From Gammaproteobacteria bacterium (GTDB taxonomy: Bacteria; Pseudomonadota; Gammaproteobacteria; SZUA-140): a stretch of 64,000 nt of DNA. Position numbers and translations under genes: made by a program. Positions 29,437 through 41,116 of this stretch are shown here, in pieces. The notes below the pieces were generated by a model. That model made no database searches and was not told the DNA's origin. It was given only the letters and a program-made list of their open reading frames with translations. The stretch lies in the NCBI GenBank assembly GCA_046754065.1, contig JBHHVB010000002.1:33837-97836 (forward strand), read 5' to 3'. The number at the start of each line of letters is the position of its first letter. Position 1 is the first letter of the stretch.

Positions 29437-30693
29437 ATGATTATTGAGGAATATATGAAGCTGGTGGGTGATAAAGCCCGTTTTGCTGCCAGAAAGATGG
29501 CTAATATCGGATCGGCGAAAAAGGATGCTGCATTACTTTCAATTGCAGATGCTATTGATGCGGGATTTGAGGCTTTAATATCCGAAAATAAAAAGGACCT
29601 GGATGCAGGTGCAGCGAGTGGTCTTGATGATGCATTGCTAGACAGGTTGGCCTTGAATTCGGAGCGCATTGCAGGGATGGCGGAAGGGTTGAGGCAGATA
29701 GCTGGTCTTTCTGATCCGGTGGGTGAAATTGATGAAATGAGTTATCGCCCATCCGGCATCCAGGTGGGGCGTATGAGGGTGCCGTTAGGTGTTATAGGTA
29801 TAATTTACGAATCTCGTCCTAATGTTACGGCGGATGCTGCAGGATTATGCCTCAAGTCGGGCAATGCAGCGATCCTAAGGGGAGGTTCTGAATCTATACA
29901 TTCTAATCAGGCGATTTCGTCGATCATTCGTGAATCACTGTCTAACGCTGGATTGCCTGTGGACGCTGTACAGGTCATTGAAACGATAGACCGGGCGGCT
30001 GTTGGAGCACTTCTAAAAATGGATGATGCGGTCGATATTATCGTGCCCCGAGGTGGAAAAGGGCTTATTGAAAGGATAATGAAGGAGTCGAGAGTCCCGG
30101 TTATCAAACATTTGCATGGTGTCTGTCATACCTATATTGACGACAAGGCTGATATTGAAAAAGCGATAAATGTTGCGTTGAATGCCAAGACGCAGCGGTA
30201 CGGTACCTGTAATACGATGGAAACATTGCTCGTCTCGATTGATATTGCTGACCAGGTGCTTCCACGCCTGGCCGACCTGTATCGAAATGAAGGTGTGGAA
30301 ATCCGTGGATGTAATCTGACAAAACGATTTATTGAAGACAGTATTCTTGCAACTGATGAAGACTGGGATACTGAATACCTGGCTCCAATTCTTTCAATCA
30401 AGGTGGTAGCCGGGTTGGATGAGGCTATGGAGCATATTCACAAACATGGTTCGAATCATACCGATGCAATTTTAACTGAGGACATTAGCCGGGCTCGTCG
30501 TTTCATGAATGAAATTGACTCCAGTTCGGTGATGGTGAATGCCTCGACGAGGTTTGCTGACGGGTTTGAGTATGGTTTGGGTGCGGAAATCGGTATTAGC
30601 ACCGACAAATTACATGCGCGAGGACCAGTTGGTCTGGAAGGTCTGACTTCTCAAAAGTATATTGTGCTGGGTGATGGGCATATTCGGAAATAG
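29437..30693 (+). CDS. proA: gamma-glutamyl phosphate reductase
   Basis: 418 aa, aldehyde dehydrogenase superfamily. Shows ProA-specific conservation along its length. Confidence 0.93.
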   Translation: MIIEEYMKLVGDKARFAARKMANIGSAKKDAALLSIADAIDAGFEALISENKKDLDAGAASGLDDALLDRLALNSERIAGMAEGLRQIAGLSDPVGEIDEMSYRPSGIQVGRMRVPLGVIGIIYESRPNVTADAAGLCLKSGNAAILRGGSESIHSNQAISSIIRESLSNAGLPVDAVQVIETIDRAAVGALLKMDDAVDIIVPRGGKGLIERIMKESRVPVIKHLHGVCHTYIDDKADIEKAINVALNAKTQRYGTCNTMETLLVSIDIADQVLPRLADLYRNEGVEIRGCNLTKRFIEDSILATDEDWDTEYLAPILSIKVVAGLDEAMEHIHKHGSNHTDAILTEDISRARRFMNEIDSSSVMVNASTRFADGFEYGLGAEIGISTDKLHARGPVGLEGLTSQKYIVLGDGHIRK

Positions 30694-30784
30694 GCTGACA
30701 ATACCTGTATCGCGTTTTAAAATCAGTATTGGTTAAAGATTATAGATACATGATAATACTCTGGTTCCCTGAATTTCCAGGTGA

Positions 30785-31414
30785 ATGATGATCGGAATAT
30801 TCGGCGGTACATTTGATCCTGTGCATATCGGCCATTTGCGCATCGCGTTAGAGCTATACCAGAAACTTCCGTTTGAGAAGATTCTGTTTGTGCCTTGTCG
30901 GCAACCTCCTCATCGTGGCAAACCTGTCGCGTCGATTTCACAGCGCCTGGAAATGTTGGAAATGGCAATTCAGGGACAAGACGGTTTTGGTCTGGATGAA
31001 AGGGAACTGCGGCGAAAGGGGCCATCGTATATGGTTGATACGCTTGATTCAATGAGAATCGATTACCCGGATCAATCTTTGTGTCTGATGCTGGGAGGGG
31101 ATGCTTTTTTACACCTGGAGACCTGGTGCCGCTGGACCGAGCTGATTAACCTGGCCAATATCGTGGTGATGTATCGTCCAGGTTATCAATTAAAATTTAA
31201 AGATAAACTTGGTGAGCTTGTCGACCAGCACCGTGTTGATAGTGCAGACATGCTGAATTCGGAATCCAGTGGCAATATCCTTTTTCAGCCAGTAATCCAG
31301 CTGGACATTTCGGCAAGTAAAATCCGAACTCTTGTGAGTTCAAATATGAGCGCAAGATACCTGTTGCCGGAAAATGTGAGACTATACATAGAGGCCCAGA
31401 AACTATATACATAA
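30785..31414 (+). CDS. nadD: nicotinate-nucleotide adenylyltransferase
   Basis: GGTFDPVHIGHL (H/T)xGH motif, 209 aa. Confidence 0.9.
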   Translation: MMIGIFGGTFDPVHIGHLRIALELYQKLPFEKILFVPCRQPPHRGKPVASISQRLEMLEMAIQGQDGFGLDERELRRKGPSYMVDTLDSMRIDYPDQSLCLMLGGDAFLHLETWCRWTELINLANIVVMYRPGYQLKFKDKLGELVDQHRVDSADMLNSESSGNILFQPVIQLDISASKIRTLVSSNMSARYLLPENVRLYIEAQKLYT

Positions 31415-31435
31415 TTCGGGGAAATATTAAGTATT

Positions 31436-31786
31436 ATGAATACAGAAGAAATCAAGCAGTTCGTGCTGAATGAATTGGAAGAAATGAAGGCTGTGGATAT
31501 CAGATTGCTAGATGTAAAAGGTTTGACTAGCGTAACTGATTACATGGTGATAGCGAGCGGTACATCGAGCAGACATGTTAAGTCAATCACATCGTCCGTT
31601 GTTGAAAAAGCAAAAAAAAATGGCTGTAGACCCTTTGGTATTGAAGGCGAAGATGATGGTGAATGGGCGCTTGTAGATTTGGGAGATGTAGTGGTTCATG
31701 TGATGTTGCCGTCTGTTCGCGAGTTTTATCAGCTTGAAAAGCTGTGGGGTTTCGATGCTAACAAGAAATTGAGTAGTGAAAGCTGA
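31436..31786 (+). CDS. rsfS: ribosomal silencing factor RsfS (Iojap)
   Basis: 116 aa; conserved nadD-rsfS-rlmH order. Confidence 0.88.
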   Translation: MNTEEIKQFVLNELEEMKAVDIRLLDVKGLTSVTDYMVIASGTSSRHVKSITSSVVEKAKKNGCRPFGIEGEDDGEWALVDLGDVVVHVMLPSVREFYQLEKLWGFDANKKLSSES

Positions 31787-31795
31787 TAGATTGGG

Positions 31796-32269
31796 ATGAT
31801 GAATGCTCAAATCATTGCGGTTGGGCAGAAAGTTCCAGCCTGGGTCGCGGAAGGATACAAGGATTACGCAAAGCGTTTTCCGCGTGACTGGGTGCCGAGA
31901 TTGGTAGAAATTGCCACCCCCAGGAGAAATAAAGGGATCAGCGCTGAACAGTTGCAGAACCAGGAATGGAAGAAAATGTCTAATGCTGTTGATTCCGGAG
32001 CATTATTAGTTGCGCTGGATGTCATTGGTAAACCATGGACAACCGAACAATTTTCAAAACATCTGGAGCTTTGGCGAAACGACGGGAGAAAACCGGCGTT
32101 TTTGATTGGAGGTCCTGATGGTCTGGCGTCGTCTTGCCTGGAGCGGGCTAGCTATACCTGGTCCTTGTCGGCGTTAACCTTGCCTCATGCGTTGGTGCGT
32201 GTTGTGCTGATTGAGCAGATCTATCGCGCATGGAGTATGTTGGCAAACCATCCCTATCATCGGGCCTGA
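31796..32269 (+). CDS. rlmH: 23S rRNA (pseudouridine1915-N3)-methyltransferase RlmH
   Basis: 157 aa, SPOUT fold; aligns with RlmH/YbeA. Confidence 0.88.
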   Translation: MMNAQIIAVGQKVPAWVAEGYKDYAKRFPRDWVPRLVEIATPRRNKGISAEQLQNQEWKKMSNAVDSGALLVALDVIGKPWTTEQFSKHLELWRNDGRKPAFLIGGPDGLASSCLERASYTWSLSALTLPHALVRVVLIEQIYRAWSMLANHPYHRA

Positions 32270-32280
32270 TTCTTAAATCG

Positions 32281-32898
32281 ATGAATAGACAGGTATATCT
32301 GGCATCATCTTCTCCAAGAAGAGCCGAGTTGCTGACTCAAATAGGGGTGGGTTTCGAAACCATTGATGTAAACGTAGACGAACGGCGCATTTCACACGAA
32401 GCACCGGAAGAATATGTATCGAGATTGGCACTGTCCAAGGCAGATGCTGGTTGCCAAATGGTTTCGGACTATACAGCTTTTCCAGTAGTTGGTGCTGACA
32501 CAGCAGTGGTCATTAATGGAGAGATTCTTGGAAAGGCCTCTAACCGGGAACATGGGATTGAGATGCTTAAAAAATTATCTGGCCATACACATTGGGTATA
32601 TACCGGGGTTGCGGTTGTGGGAAAATCAGAAACGACAAGATTAAGCGTCAGCGAGGTAACATTTCGAGAAATAATGTTTGAGGAGCTTCAGTCCTACTGG
32701 TTAACGGGTGAACCGATGGGAAAAGCAGGTGGTTATGCTATTCAGGGTATGGGCGCGATGTTTGTATCCAAATTAACGGGTAGTTATTCGGGAGTAATGG
32801 GCCTGCCTGTTTTTGAAACTGCTGAAATGTTGAAGGAACATAACGTTTGTTTGCTATCACATAGTAGCGATAACGACGCAGCGGAGCTTGTGCGATAA
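32281..32898 (+). CDS. maf: Maf-like nucleoside triphosphate pyrophosphatase
   Basis: YLASSSPRRAELL N-terminal motif. The start was moved to ATG 32281 to relieve overlap with rlmH. Confidence 0.85.
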   Translation: MNRQVYLASSSPRRAELLTQIGVGFETIDVNVDERRISHEAPEEYVSRLALSKADAGCQMVSDYTAFPVVGADTAVVINGEILGKASNREHGIEMLKKLSGHTHWVYTGVAVVGKSETTRLSVSEVTFREIMFEELQSYWLTGEPMGKAGGYAIQGMGAMFVSKLTGSYSGVMGLPVFETAEMLKEHNVCLLSHSSDNDAAELVR

Positions 32899-32918
32899 TT
32901 TGAATAAAGTATTGGAAA

Positions 32919-34391
32919 ATGAGCGACGAAATTCTGGTAAATGTAACACCGAGTGAAGCCCGGGTAGCAGTAGTGGAGAATGGCCTGCTGCAGGAGGTTT
33001 ATATTGAGAGGGCCAATAAACGGGGTCTTGTGGCCAATATTTACAAGGGTTCCGTGTGCAGAATACTACCCGGCATCCAGGCCGCATTTATTGACATCGG
33101 GCTTGAAAGAACAGCTTTTTTACACGCCTCGGACATATATGATTCGAGGACCGCTGATATAGCCGAAAACAAAAAAAATGGCATGCCCGCAATTACCGAT
33201 CTGCTACGAGAGGGAGAAGAAATTCTGGTACAGGTTATTAAAGATCCTCTGGGCGCAAAGGGTGCCAGATTAATGACCCAGATCAGTATTCCATCGCGTT
33301 ACGTGGTTTTTATTCCCAATAATAGTCATATCGGTATCTCTCAGCGAATAGATGATGAGGGTGAACGGCAGAGATTGAAAAATATCGTTCTCAATCTCTG
33401 CGATGGCGAGGTAAATAATGGTTATATCCTGCGTACCGCCGCTGAAGGTGTCGGTGAATCAGATATTGCTGAAGATATTGATTTTCTACACAAATTGTGG
33501 GGATCAATCAAAAGTCGCGAGAAAGAAGTAAAGGCCGGTGAAATAGTCTACGAGGATCTTCCATTAGCAATGCGAATCCTCAGGGACTTGCCGGTTGACC
33601 AGATTGATAAAGTAAGAATAGATTCCAGAGAGACCTATCAAAAAGTGCAACAGTTTACTGAAAAATTTATTCCGGAAATAAGCCGGTGTATTGAACATTA
33701 CCCGGGCGAGCGGCCAATTTTTGATTTGTATTCCGTTGACGATGAGATTCAAAAGGCGCTTGATCGAACGGTCCAGTTAAAATCTGGTGGGCATATTTGT
33801 ATTGACCAAACCGAGGCAATGACCACCATAGATGTCAATACCGGCGCTTTTGTTGGTCATAGTAATCTGGAAGAAACGATTTTTAAAACTAATCTGGAAG
33901 CAGCGCAGGCAATCGCCCGCCAGCTCAGGTTGCGGAACCTGGGTGGAATTATCATTATTGATTTTATTGATATGTCTGAAGAGGAGCACAAACGTCAGGT
34001 CTTAAGGGCGTTGGAAAAGAGTCTGGCTGCAGATCGCGCCAAGAGCCAAATCTCTGAAGTCTCGTCACTAGGCCTGGTACAGATGACACGTAAGCGTACC
34101 AGAGAAAGCCTGGAGCATGTGTTGTGCGAACCGTGCCCGACTTGTGCCAGAAGTGGATATATAAAGACTAAAGAAACCGTTTGTTATGAAATATTTCGGG
34201 AAATTCTCAGAGAGGCGCGCCAGTTTGATGCCGAACAGTTTTTGGTGCTTGCGAATCAGGATATCGTTAATATGCTTCTGGAAGAAGAATCTGCAAGTAT
34301 GGCTGCACTAGAGAAGTTTATCGGTAAACCAGTCAAAGTACAGGTGGAAAAATTGTATACACAGGAACAGTATGACGTCGTGCCAATGTGA
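32919..34391 (+). CDS. rng: ribonuclease G
   Basis: 490 aa with an S1 domain plus an RNase E/G catalytic domain. N-terminus is similar to E. coli Rng/CafA. Conserved maf-rng-yhdP order. Confidence 0.9.
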   Translation: MSDEILVNVTPSEARVAVVENGLLQEVYIERANKRGLVANIYKGSVCRILPGIQAAFIDIGLERTAFLHASDIYDSRTADIAENKKNGMPAITDLLREGEEILVQVIKDPLGAKGARLMTQISIPSRYVVFIPNNSHIGISQRIDDEGERQRLKNIVLNLCDGEVNNGYILRTAAEGVGESDIAEDIDFLHKLWGSIKSREKEVKAGEIVYEDLPLAMRILRDLPVDQIDKVRIDSRETYQKVQQFTEKFIPEISRCIEHYPGERPIFDLYSVDDEIQKALDRTVQLKSGGHICIDQTEAMTTIDVNTGAFVGHSNLEETIFKTNLEAAQAIARQLRLRNLGGIIIIDFIDMSEEEHKRQVLRALEKSLAADRAKSQISEVSSLGLVQMTRKRTRESLEHVLCEPCPTCARSGYIKTKETVCYEIFREILREARQFDAEQFLVLANQDIVNMLLEEESASMAALEKFIGKPVKVQVEKLYTQEQYDVVPM

Positions 34392-34554
34392 AAATTTCTG
34401 AATTGGTTTCACATTAATAAATGCATGCTTCATTAATCTATTCTGGTTCCCTCGTTACCGAGAGTGAGTCAAAAGGTTCGTTTCAAGTCTTTCAATATAT
34501 CTACAACTTTGGTCTGATTTTTTCTGGTTTTAACAGGTAAGTTTTCATTAAAAA

Positions 34555-37500
34555 ATGTTCAGGTTTCTTTTAGGTAAATGCTGGTCGATATTTGCAACGC
34601 TGGTGATCGCAGTAGCCGTTATATTGACCATTGTTAGATTGTATTTGCCTTTTACCGGCAACTACCTGGATGATTTCAGTGCTTTGGTAAGTAGTGCGCT
34701 TGGTGGTCAACCTGTCGCTATCGAAGGGCTTGAGGCTGAGTGGGTAGGGTTGGGGCCTCGTCTGAATTTAGTAAACGTTAAGGTCCTGGATAAGTCCGGT
34801 CAAAATGAACTCATTCTTTTTAGCCACGCAAGCGTTGGTCTTGATCCGCTGGCTTCGTTATTCAATGGTGAGATAATTCTTGGAAATTTGACGATTGAAG
34901 GGGTTAGTTTGTCTGTGGTTCGTGATGAGACCGGGCGGTTGACGGTTGAAGGCGTCGATGCGAAGCGGCATGGAAACGATCAGTTTAATGATAATACTGC
35001 CTTGATCAGATGGTTGCTGAACCAAAATCGCCTTCAGCTTGAGTCCAGCAATATTTTGTGGCGGGACAAATCACGAAAAAAGGAAATGCTTTTTCAGAAT
35101 GTTAATCTGGAATTGCTGAATGATGATGACCGGCATCAACTGAATGGATCGGCGACCTTGCCCCTGGCACTCGGGAAGAGATTTTCATTTTCAATAGATA
35201 TCATAGGTGATGTGCTGGATCCTGGCGGTTGGAGAGGGAAAGGGTATCTGAATGGTGGAGGCTTGCATATTAACCAGTGGGTTGCCGACAAGACGTTCCA
35301 TAATATTTACATTGACCAGGGTGTTGCAGAGGTTACATTGTGGAGTGAGTGGGAGAATGCAAAACTCGCCCGCGTCGACGGAGACGTGTCTGTGTATGGT
35401 TTGTCCCTTGTACCGGGGGGATCACAAAAGGTTTCGTTGAATGATTCACTATCTTCCAAAAATGACACGCCTCCACAAGATAAATCGAAGTTTGAAAGAC
35501 TGCCGTTGTTTATCAATGAAATATCCGGGAATTTTTCTCTAGCAAGGATCCAGTCAGGCTGGGGGATAAAGATATCAGATTTTATTCTGGATCTTGGCGG
35601 TAAAAACTGGCCCTCCAGTGAGCTTAATTTTCAGTTGATGGATGAAGAAAACAATCGTCAATTCAGGTTTGCCGCAAGCTATCTTCAGCTCGACGAGCTC
35701 CGGGATATACTGTTAATGAGTAACATGCTTGATAAAGACTTGTTCGATATAGTCAGGACAATCCATCCCGGCGGGAAGTTAGTGAATACTGTTGTCGGAG
35801 TTGATAGGCCGAAAGAGGGATCGCCCAGTTTTCGGGTGCAATCTGAAATAGAGGAATTTTCATCCCGTCCGTGGAAAAAAATACCTGGTGTTGACAATTT
35901 TAGCGGCAAGGTTTTGGCCAACGAGTTGTCGGGTCTCGTTGATGTGGATTCCAGAGATGTTAAGCTGCATTTTAATAATCTTTTCAGGCATGTTTTGGAT
36001 ATTGATCGCTTTAAAGGGCAGGTAAACTGGCAAATAGGAGATATGGCCTGGCAGGCAGTGGTTAAAGATGTAGAGATTGAAAACAGGGATCTGTTGGTCA
36101 GATCAGATATACTGTTTAATAAGCCTGCTGAAGGCGTTTCGCCCTTTCTCAAGCTTTACGCCAACTTTGAAAGCAAGCAGGGCGCTGTTTCACAGACATC
36201 TCGTTACATACCTGTAGGCGTAACCAGGAAAGCGGTCGTCGACTGGCTGGATAGATCAATTATTAGTGGTTCCATTCCCTATGGAGCGGCGCTTTTTTAC
36301 GGAAATATCGGTGAATTTCCATTTGATGAGGGGCAGGGCAGATTTGAAGTGAGGTTTGATGTGCGGGAAGGGGTGCTCGATTTTGCACCTGGCTGGCCAA
36401 GTATCGAGGAGATTGAAACCGAAGTTGTTTTTGCGGAGCGGAAGATGGATATTTCTGCATCAACGGGTAAAAGTCTTGGCGCAGATTTAACAAAAACCAG
36501 GGTTCGCATTGAAAACATGGCTGTAAAACCGGCATTACTGGAGATAGTTGGTAATGCCTCTGGTGATACATCTATTGCCCTTGATTATCTTCGTCAAAGT
36601 CCCCTTAATCAGAAGTTTGGCAGTTATTTTGCGGATGCAACTGCAACGGGATCAAGCAAGCTTGAATTGTCAATCGACTTGCCCCTGGCCAAGGTTCATC
36701 CTGAAATCAGTGGGCAGTTGAGTTTCGATGATAGTGGGCTAATGCTTGCAAACGGCGAAGTTGATATTAGAAATATAAATGGGAGAATGGGTTTTACTGA
36801 AAAGGGAATAAGCGCTAAAGAAATTTCAGCGAAAATCCTGGGATTAGATTCCAGGCTAAATATAGCAACCTTGCAAACAGATGAGAAAACCGAAACAGTA
36901 TTTACTGCGTCAGGTAGCGCATCCGATATCCAGGTAAAAGATATAGTTGATCTTCCTGCATTAAATCATATTCAGGGTGAGAGTACATGGAAGGCAAGTT
37001 TAAATCTTACTCCGAAAAATCGTTCTACCGCAGCATCTGCAGATTTGGTGATAGAATCAGATTTGTATGGTATGGCTGTAAACCTGCCCGTGCCAGTCGG
37101 GAAACCGGTTGAAGAACAAGCCCCCTTTTTATTAAAAACAAAACTGCCACGTTCATTAGATACGCCCATCAATATTTTTTACGGTGATATTTTTTCGGGG
37201 GTGTTTGACGTTGATGACAGCTTTCACCTGGAGCGGGGTGAGATAAATTTTTCTAATAAAAAAGCGGTGTTACCAGAGGATGATGGTCTTCGTATTGCGG
37301 GTAAGATTCGATCATTTGATTATGCCCAATGGGCGCCTTTTATCGAAGAACCTCGTGATGATGTAGATGAAGCATCCTCCGGTGCTGGGATCACCATGCT
37401 GGATGTGTATGTCAATAATGCATTGCTGTTTGATCGACAGTTGTCTGAAATGCATCTGGTGGCAAATCGTAAACAGGATTACTGGGATGCCACGATAGAC

Positions 37501-38445
37501 AGTCAGGAGATAAGAGGGGGCGTCAAATTTCCAATTTCTTCATCCTATCCGCTGGTGATGGATCTTGATTATCTACATATACAGAAAGTTAATGGGGGGT
37601 CAGAAGAAAACAGGGTCAGTCCCTTGCGGTTACCTGCTGCAAAAATCAAAAGCAAACAATTTACCTACGATTCGATAGACTTTGGTGGTATTGAGTTGCT
37701 TGTGACAAAGCACGAAGCAGGATTGCATCTTGATCAATTAAACCTTGAAGCGCCAGAAATGACGGTTAATGCCCGGGGGGACTGGCTTGAAGTAAATGAT
37801 GAACAATATTCGTCATTTACTATTAACTTTAACAGCAAAGACCTGGGGAAGGCCTTGTCCAGGTTGGGTTATGCGGGTGGTATCAAGGAAGGGGAAAGCG
37901 ACATGCATATTGTTGCCCGATGGCCTGGTTCTCCGACAAAGTTCGCACTCAGTCGCCTGAATGGTAATATGCATATTAGTGCGAGGAAAGGTCGCTTGCT
38001 TGATGTTGAGCCCGGTGCTGGCAGAATCTTTGGCATTATTAGTCTGCAGGCACTACCAAGAAGATTGACCCTGGATTTTAGTGATATTTTCAGGCAGGGT
38101 TTTAGTTTCGATCGCATAAAGGGAGATTTTTTGATCAAGGACGGTGAGGCGTCGACGTCAAATCTGACAATGGATGGACCTGCAGCACAAATAGATGCGC
38201 GGGGCAGTATTGATCTTGCTGCTAGGGAATATGACCAGCAGGTTACAGTCGTCCCTCATGTAACCTCCAGTTTACCAGTGGCAGGTGCGGTCGCTGGTGG
38301 CGTAGGGTTGGGGGCCGCGATACTGCTGGTACAAAAACTTTTCGAGCCAAAAATTGATGAAATCACCAAAGTGCAGTATTCGGTTACTGGCCCCTGGGAT
38401 AATCCCGATATTAAACAGCTAGCGCCCGCAAGAAATGGTAAATGA
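34555..38445 (+). CDS. yhdP: YhdP-family AsmA-like protein (intermembrane phospholipid transport)
   Basis: 1296 aa with an N-terminal TM anchor and AsmA-like repetitive beta-rich sequence. It follows rng, as yhdP does in E. coli. Confidence 0.8.
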   Translation: MFRFLLGKCWSIFATLVIAVAVILTIVRLYLPFTGNYLDDFSALVSSALGGQPVAIEGLEAEWVGLGPRLNLVNVKVLDKSGQNELILFSHASVGLDPLASLFNGEIILGNLTIEGVSLSVVRDETGRLTVEGVDAKRHGNDQFNDNTALIRWLLNQNRLQLESSNILWRDKSRKKEMLFQNVNLELLNDDDRHQLNGSATLPLALGKRFSFSIDIIGDVLDPGGWRGKGYLNGGGLHINQWVADKTFHNIYIDQGVAEVTLWSEWENAKLARVDGDVSVYGLSLVPGGSQKVSLNDSLSSKNDTPPQDKSKFERLPLFINEISGNFSLARIQSGWGIKISDFILDLGGKNWPSSELNFQLMDEENNRQFRFAASYLQLDELRDILLMSNMLDKDLFDIVRTIHPGGKLVNTVVGVDRPKEGSPSFRVQSEIEEFSSRPWKKIPGVDNFSGKVLANELSGLVDVDSRDVKLHFNNLFRHVLDIDRFKGQVNWQIGDMAWQAVVKDVEIENRDLLVRSDILFNKPAEGVSPFLKLYANFESKQGAVSQTSRYIPVGVTRKAVVDWLDRSIISGSIPYGAALFYGNIGEFPFDEGQGRFEVRFDVREGVLDFAPGWPSIEEIETEVVFAERKMDISASTGKSLGADLTKTRVRIENMAVKPALLEIVGNASGDTSIALDYLRQSPLNQKFGSYFADATATGSSKLELSIDLPLAKVHPEISGQLSFDDSGLMLANGEVDIRNINGRMGFTEKGISAKEISAKILGLDSRLNIATLQTDEKTETVFTASGSASDIQVKDIVDLPALNHIQGESTWKASLNLTPKNRSTAASADLVIESDLYGMAVNLPVPVGKPVEEQAPFLLKTKLPRSLDTPINIFYGDIFSGVFDVDDSFHLERGEINFSNKKAVLPEDDGLRIAGKIRSFDYAQWAPFIEEPRDDVDEASSGAGITMLDVYVNNALLFDRQLSEMHLVANRKQDYWDATIDSQEIRGGVKFPISSSYPLVMDLDYLHIQKVNGGSEENRVSPLRLPAAKIKSKQFTYDSIDFGGIELLVTKHEAGLHLDQLNLEAPEMTVNARGDWLEVNDEQYSSFTINFNSKDLGKALSRLGYAGGIKEGESDMHIVARWPGSPTKFALSRLNGNMHISARKGRLLDVEPGAGRIFGIISLQALPRRLTLDFSDIFRQGFSFDRIKGDFLIKDGEASTSNLTMDGPAAQIDARGSIDLAAREYDQQVTVVPHVTSSLPVAGAVAGGVGLGAAILLVQKLFEPKIDEITKVQYSVTGPWDNPDIKQLAPARNGK

Positions 38446-38623
38446 TCCGGATCTTAATGCTAAAGTTCGATAGGTGAAGGAATTTAAACCCCGATATCAA
38501 AAGTTTAAACAACAATTAATATTAACAATGTTATTATGTTGGGCCGGCGGATATTATATGCCTTAAGGTGGGGAATAATAGTGGTATCGAGAAGATAATG
38601 GCTTGAAATGTTGTGGAGATGGT

Positions 38624-39436
38624 ATGAGTAATCAAGTTGCTGCAATTCAAATGGCGTCAGGTCCAAATGTGGGAGCCAACCTCATTGAGGTCGAGCGGTT
38701 AATTGGTGTTGCCGCAGAGGGAGGTGCTGAGTTAGTCGTATTGCCAGAAAATTTTGCAATAATGGGAATGACAGAACAGGATAAAATTAGGGTGAGAGAG
38801 AAATTTGACTCGGGTCCTATTCAGGATTTCTTATCCCGGCAAGCGAAAAAACATGATATCTGGATCGTTGGTGGAACGTTACCACTTGAAGCAAATGATG
38901 CCAACAAGGTCAGAGCCGCCTGTTTGGTTTACGATGCAGCGGGGATAAACGTGGCCAGATATGACAAGGTTCATTTATTCGATGTTTGTCTGGAGGAGAA
39001 TGAGGAAAATTATACTGAATCACAAACGATAGACCCCGGAAGTGATTACGTACTCGTTAATACACCTTTCGGCAGGATGGGATTGGCAGTTTGTTACGAC
39101 ATCAGGTTTCCAGAACTGTTTCGAGCGATGTTGGATGACGGTATGGATTTTCTGGCCATACCGGCTGCGTTTACCGCCATCACCGGAAAGGCGCATTGGG
39201 AGTTGCTGGTGCGTACGAGAGCGGTAGAAAATCTTTGCTATGTTATTGCTGCTGCGCAAGGTGGCTACCATCTCAATGGTAGAGAAACCTATGGAAACAG
39301 TATGATCGTAGACCCCTGGGGTATTGTGCTCGACCGTCTGCCCAGTGGATCGGGGGTGGTGAGCGCATCAATCAATGCCCAGATGCTTTCAAGGACACGG
39401 CGTAATTTCCCCGCCCTGGATCACCGGAAATTGTAG
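38624..39436 (+). CDS. carbon-nitrogen hydrolase family protein (Nit/YhcX-like)
   Basis: CN-hydrolase fold with catalytic ...GLAVCYD.... RBS ggag 7 nt before ATG 38624. Confidence 0.8.
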   Translation: MSNQVAAIQMASGPNVGANLIEVERLIGVAAEGGAELVVLPENFAIMGMTEQDKIRVREKFDSGPIQDFLSRQAKKHDIWIVGGTLPLEANDANKVRAACLVYDAAGINVARYDKVHLFDVCLEENEENYTESQTIDPGSDYVLVNTPFGRMGLAVCYDIRFPELFRAMLDDGMDFLAIPAAFTAITGKAHWELLVRTRAVENLCYVIAAAQGGYHLNGRETYGNSMIVDPWGIVLDRLPSGSGVVSASINAQMLSRTRRNFPALDHRKL

Positions 39437-39491
39437 TGCCTAGCGATACCCAAATGTCGTACGTGGCTAATGACGGAGAGGTTTTGAATTA

Positions 39492-40298
39492 ATGGTTAAC
39501 CCGGAGTCTCTGGTAAAGGTTAGAAATCTTTCCTTCCGATTCGGTTCCAGAATTATATTCGATGACGTAAACCTTGATTTTATGAAGGGCAAGGTTACCG
39601 CAATCATGGGGCCCAGCGGGACAGGCAAAACGACGTTATTGAGATTGATTGGTGGACAACTACGTCAGAATGCTGGCAGCATCGTTGTCGATGGCGCTGA
39701 AGTGATTAAGATGTCGCGTAAGGAGCTTTATAATCTTCGCAAACGAATTGGTCTGATGTTTCAGTCTGGCGCACTTTTTACCGGTTTAAGTGTTTTTGAT
39801 AATGTAGCGTATCCAATCCGTGAACACACCAGTTTGCCGGAGTCAATGATTCGTGATCTGGTATTCCTCAAACTGGAGGCGGTCGGATTGCGAGGCGCCT
39901 GTCAATTGATGCCATCAGAGTTGTCTGGTGGTATGGCACGCAGGGTCGCATTGGCGAGAACCATAGCGCTTGATCCAATGATGATAATGTATGATGAGCC
40001 CTTTACCGGCCAGGATCCCATAACGGTTGCTGTAATCATGAAGTTGATTCGCGAGCTAAATGACAATTTAGGGCTGACAAGCATCATTGTTTCGCATGAC
40101 GTGCACGAAGTCTCTGCGATATCCGACTATATCTATTTGGTTTCTGCGGGTAAAGTGGTGGGGCGTGGGGTACCTGGAGAGCTTGAGAAAAATAGCTCGG
40201 AATGGGTTAATCAGTTTCTTAATGGTTTACCCGATGGTCCGGTTCCGTATCACTATCCCGCTACAGACTATTATCAAGACCTCTTTGTTGATGCTTAA
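39492..40298 (+). CDS. mlaF: phospholipid ABC transporter ATP-binding protein MlaF
   Basis: Walker A GPSGTGKTT, signature LSGGMARRVALAR and Walker B IMYDEP. 268 aa. Confidence 0.9.
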   Translation: MVNPESLVKVRNLSFRFGSRIIFDDVNLDFMKGKVTAIMGPSGTGKTTLLRLIGGQLRQNAGSIVVDGAEVIKMSRKELYNLRKRIGLMFQSGALFTGLSVFDNVAYPIREHTSLPESMIRDLVFLKLEAVGLRGACQLMPSELSGGMARRVALARTIALDPMMIMYDEPFTGQDPITVAVIMKLIRELNDNLGLTSIIVSHDVHEVSAISDYIYLVSAGKVVGRGVPGELEKNSSEWVNQFLNGLPDGPVPYHYPATDYYQDLFVDA

Positions 40299-40316
40299 AC
40301 AAGAACCGAATTAACC

Positions 40317-41099
40317 ATGTTCAATTTTTTCCAAACCCTGGGCTCAGCTGGATTAGACTTCCTGGCTCGGCTGGGCAGAGGCCACCTGTTTGTCGGCAGG
40401 GTTATTATGGCAATCCCTTCTGTTTTACCCCATTTTCGGCTGCTTTTTGAGCAGCTATATTCTGTTGGTGTATTGTCACTCGTCATCATCGTGGTATCCG
40501 GATTGAATGTTGGCATGGTATTGGGATTACAGATGTACAACACGCTGGTGGATTTTGGTGCTGAAGCGACATTAGGGCCTGTTGTAGCGTTGTCCCTTGT
40601 ACGAGAACTTGGTCCGGTAGTCGCAGCGCTGTTATTTGCTGGCCGTGCGGGTTCTGCGCTGACAGCAGAAATTGGATTGATGAAAGCGACTGATCAGCTG
40701 TCGGGGATGGAAATGATGGCCGTTGATCCTGTATCTCGTATCGTTGCGCCACGGTTTATTGCGGGGTTGATCTCTATGCCGCTGTTGGCTGCCATATTTA
40801 GCGCCGTAGGGATACTGGGCGGGTATTTTGTCGGTGTGGGTTTGCTAGGTGTTGATGAAGGATCATTTTGGTCGCAAATGCAGGCAAAGGTAGATCTTTA
40901 CGAGGATGTTATAAATGGCATCATCAAAAGTTTTGCATTTGGAGTTGTGGTAACATGGATCGCAGTCTTTGAGGGTTACGATGCCGTTCCGACAACCGAG
41001 GGTGTGAGTCGTGCTACGACAAACACCGTGGTTTATGCGTCTTTGACAGTATTGGGCCTGGATTTTGTGTTAACAGCACTGATGTTCGGGAATATTTAA
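40317..41099 (+). CDS. mlaE: phospholipid ABC transporter permease MlaE
   Basis: 260 aa polytopic; aligns with MlaE/Ttg2B. Confidence 0.9.
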   Translation: MFNFFQTLGSAGLDFLARLGRGHLFVGRVIMAIPSVLPHFRLLFEQLYSVGVLSLVIIVVSGLNVGMVLGLQMYNTLVDFGAEATLGPVVALSLVRELGPVVAALLFAGRAGSALTAEIGLMKATDQLSGMEMMAVDPVSRIVAPRFIAGLISMPLLAAIFSAVGILGGYFVGVGLLGVDEGSFWSQMQAKVDLYEDVINGIIKSFAFGVVVTWIAVFEGYDAVPTTEGVSRATTNTVVYASLTVLGLDFVLTALMFGNI

Positions 41100-41116
41100 C
41101 AGCAGGGACATGGTAG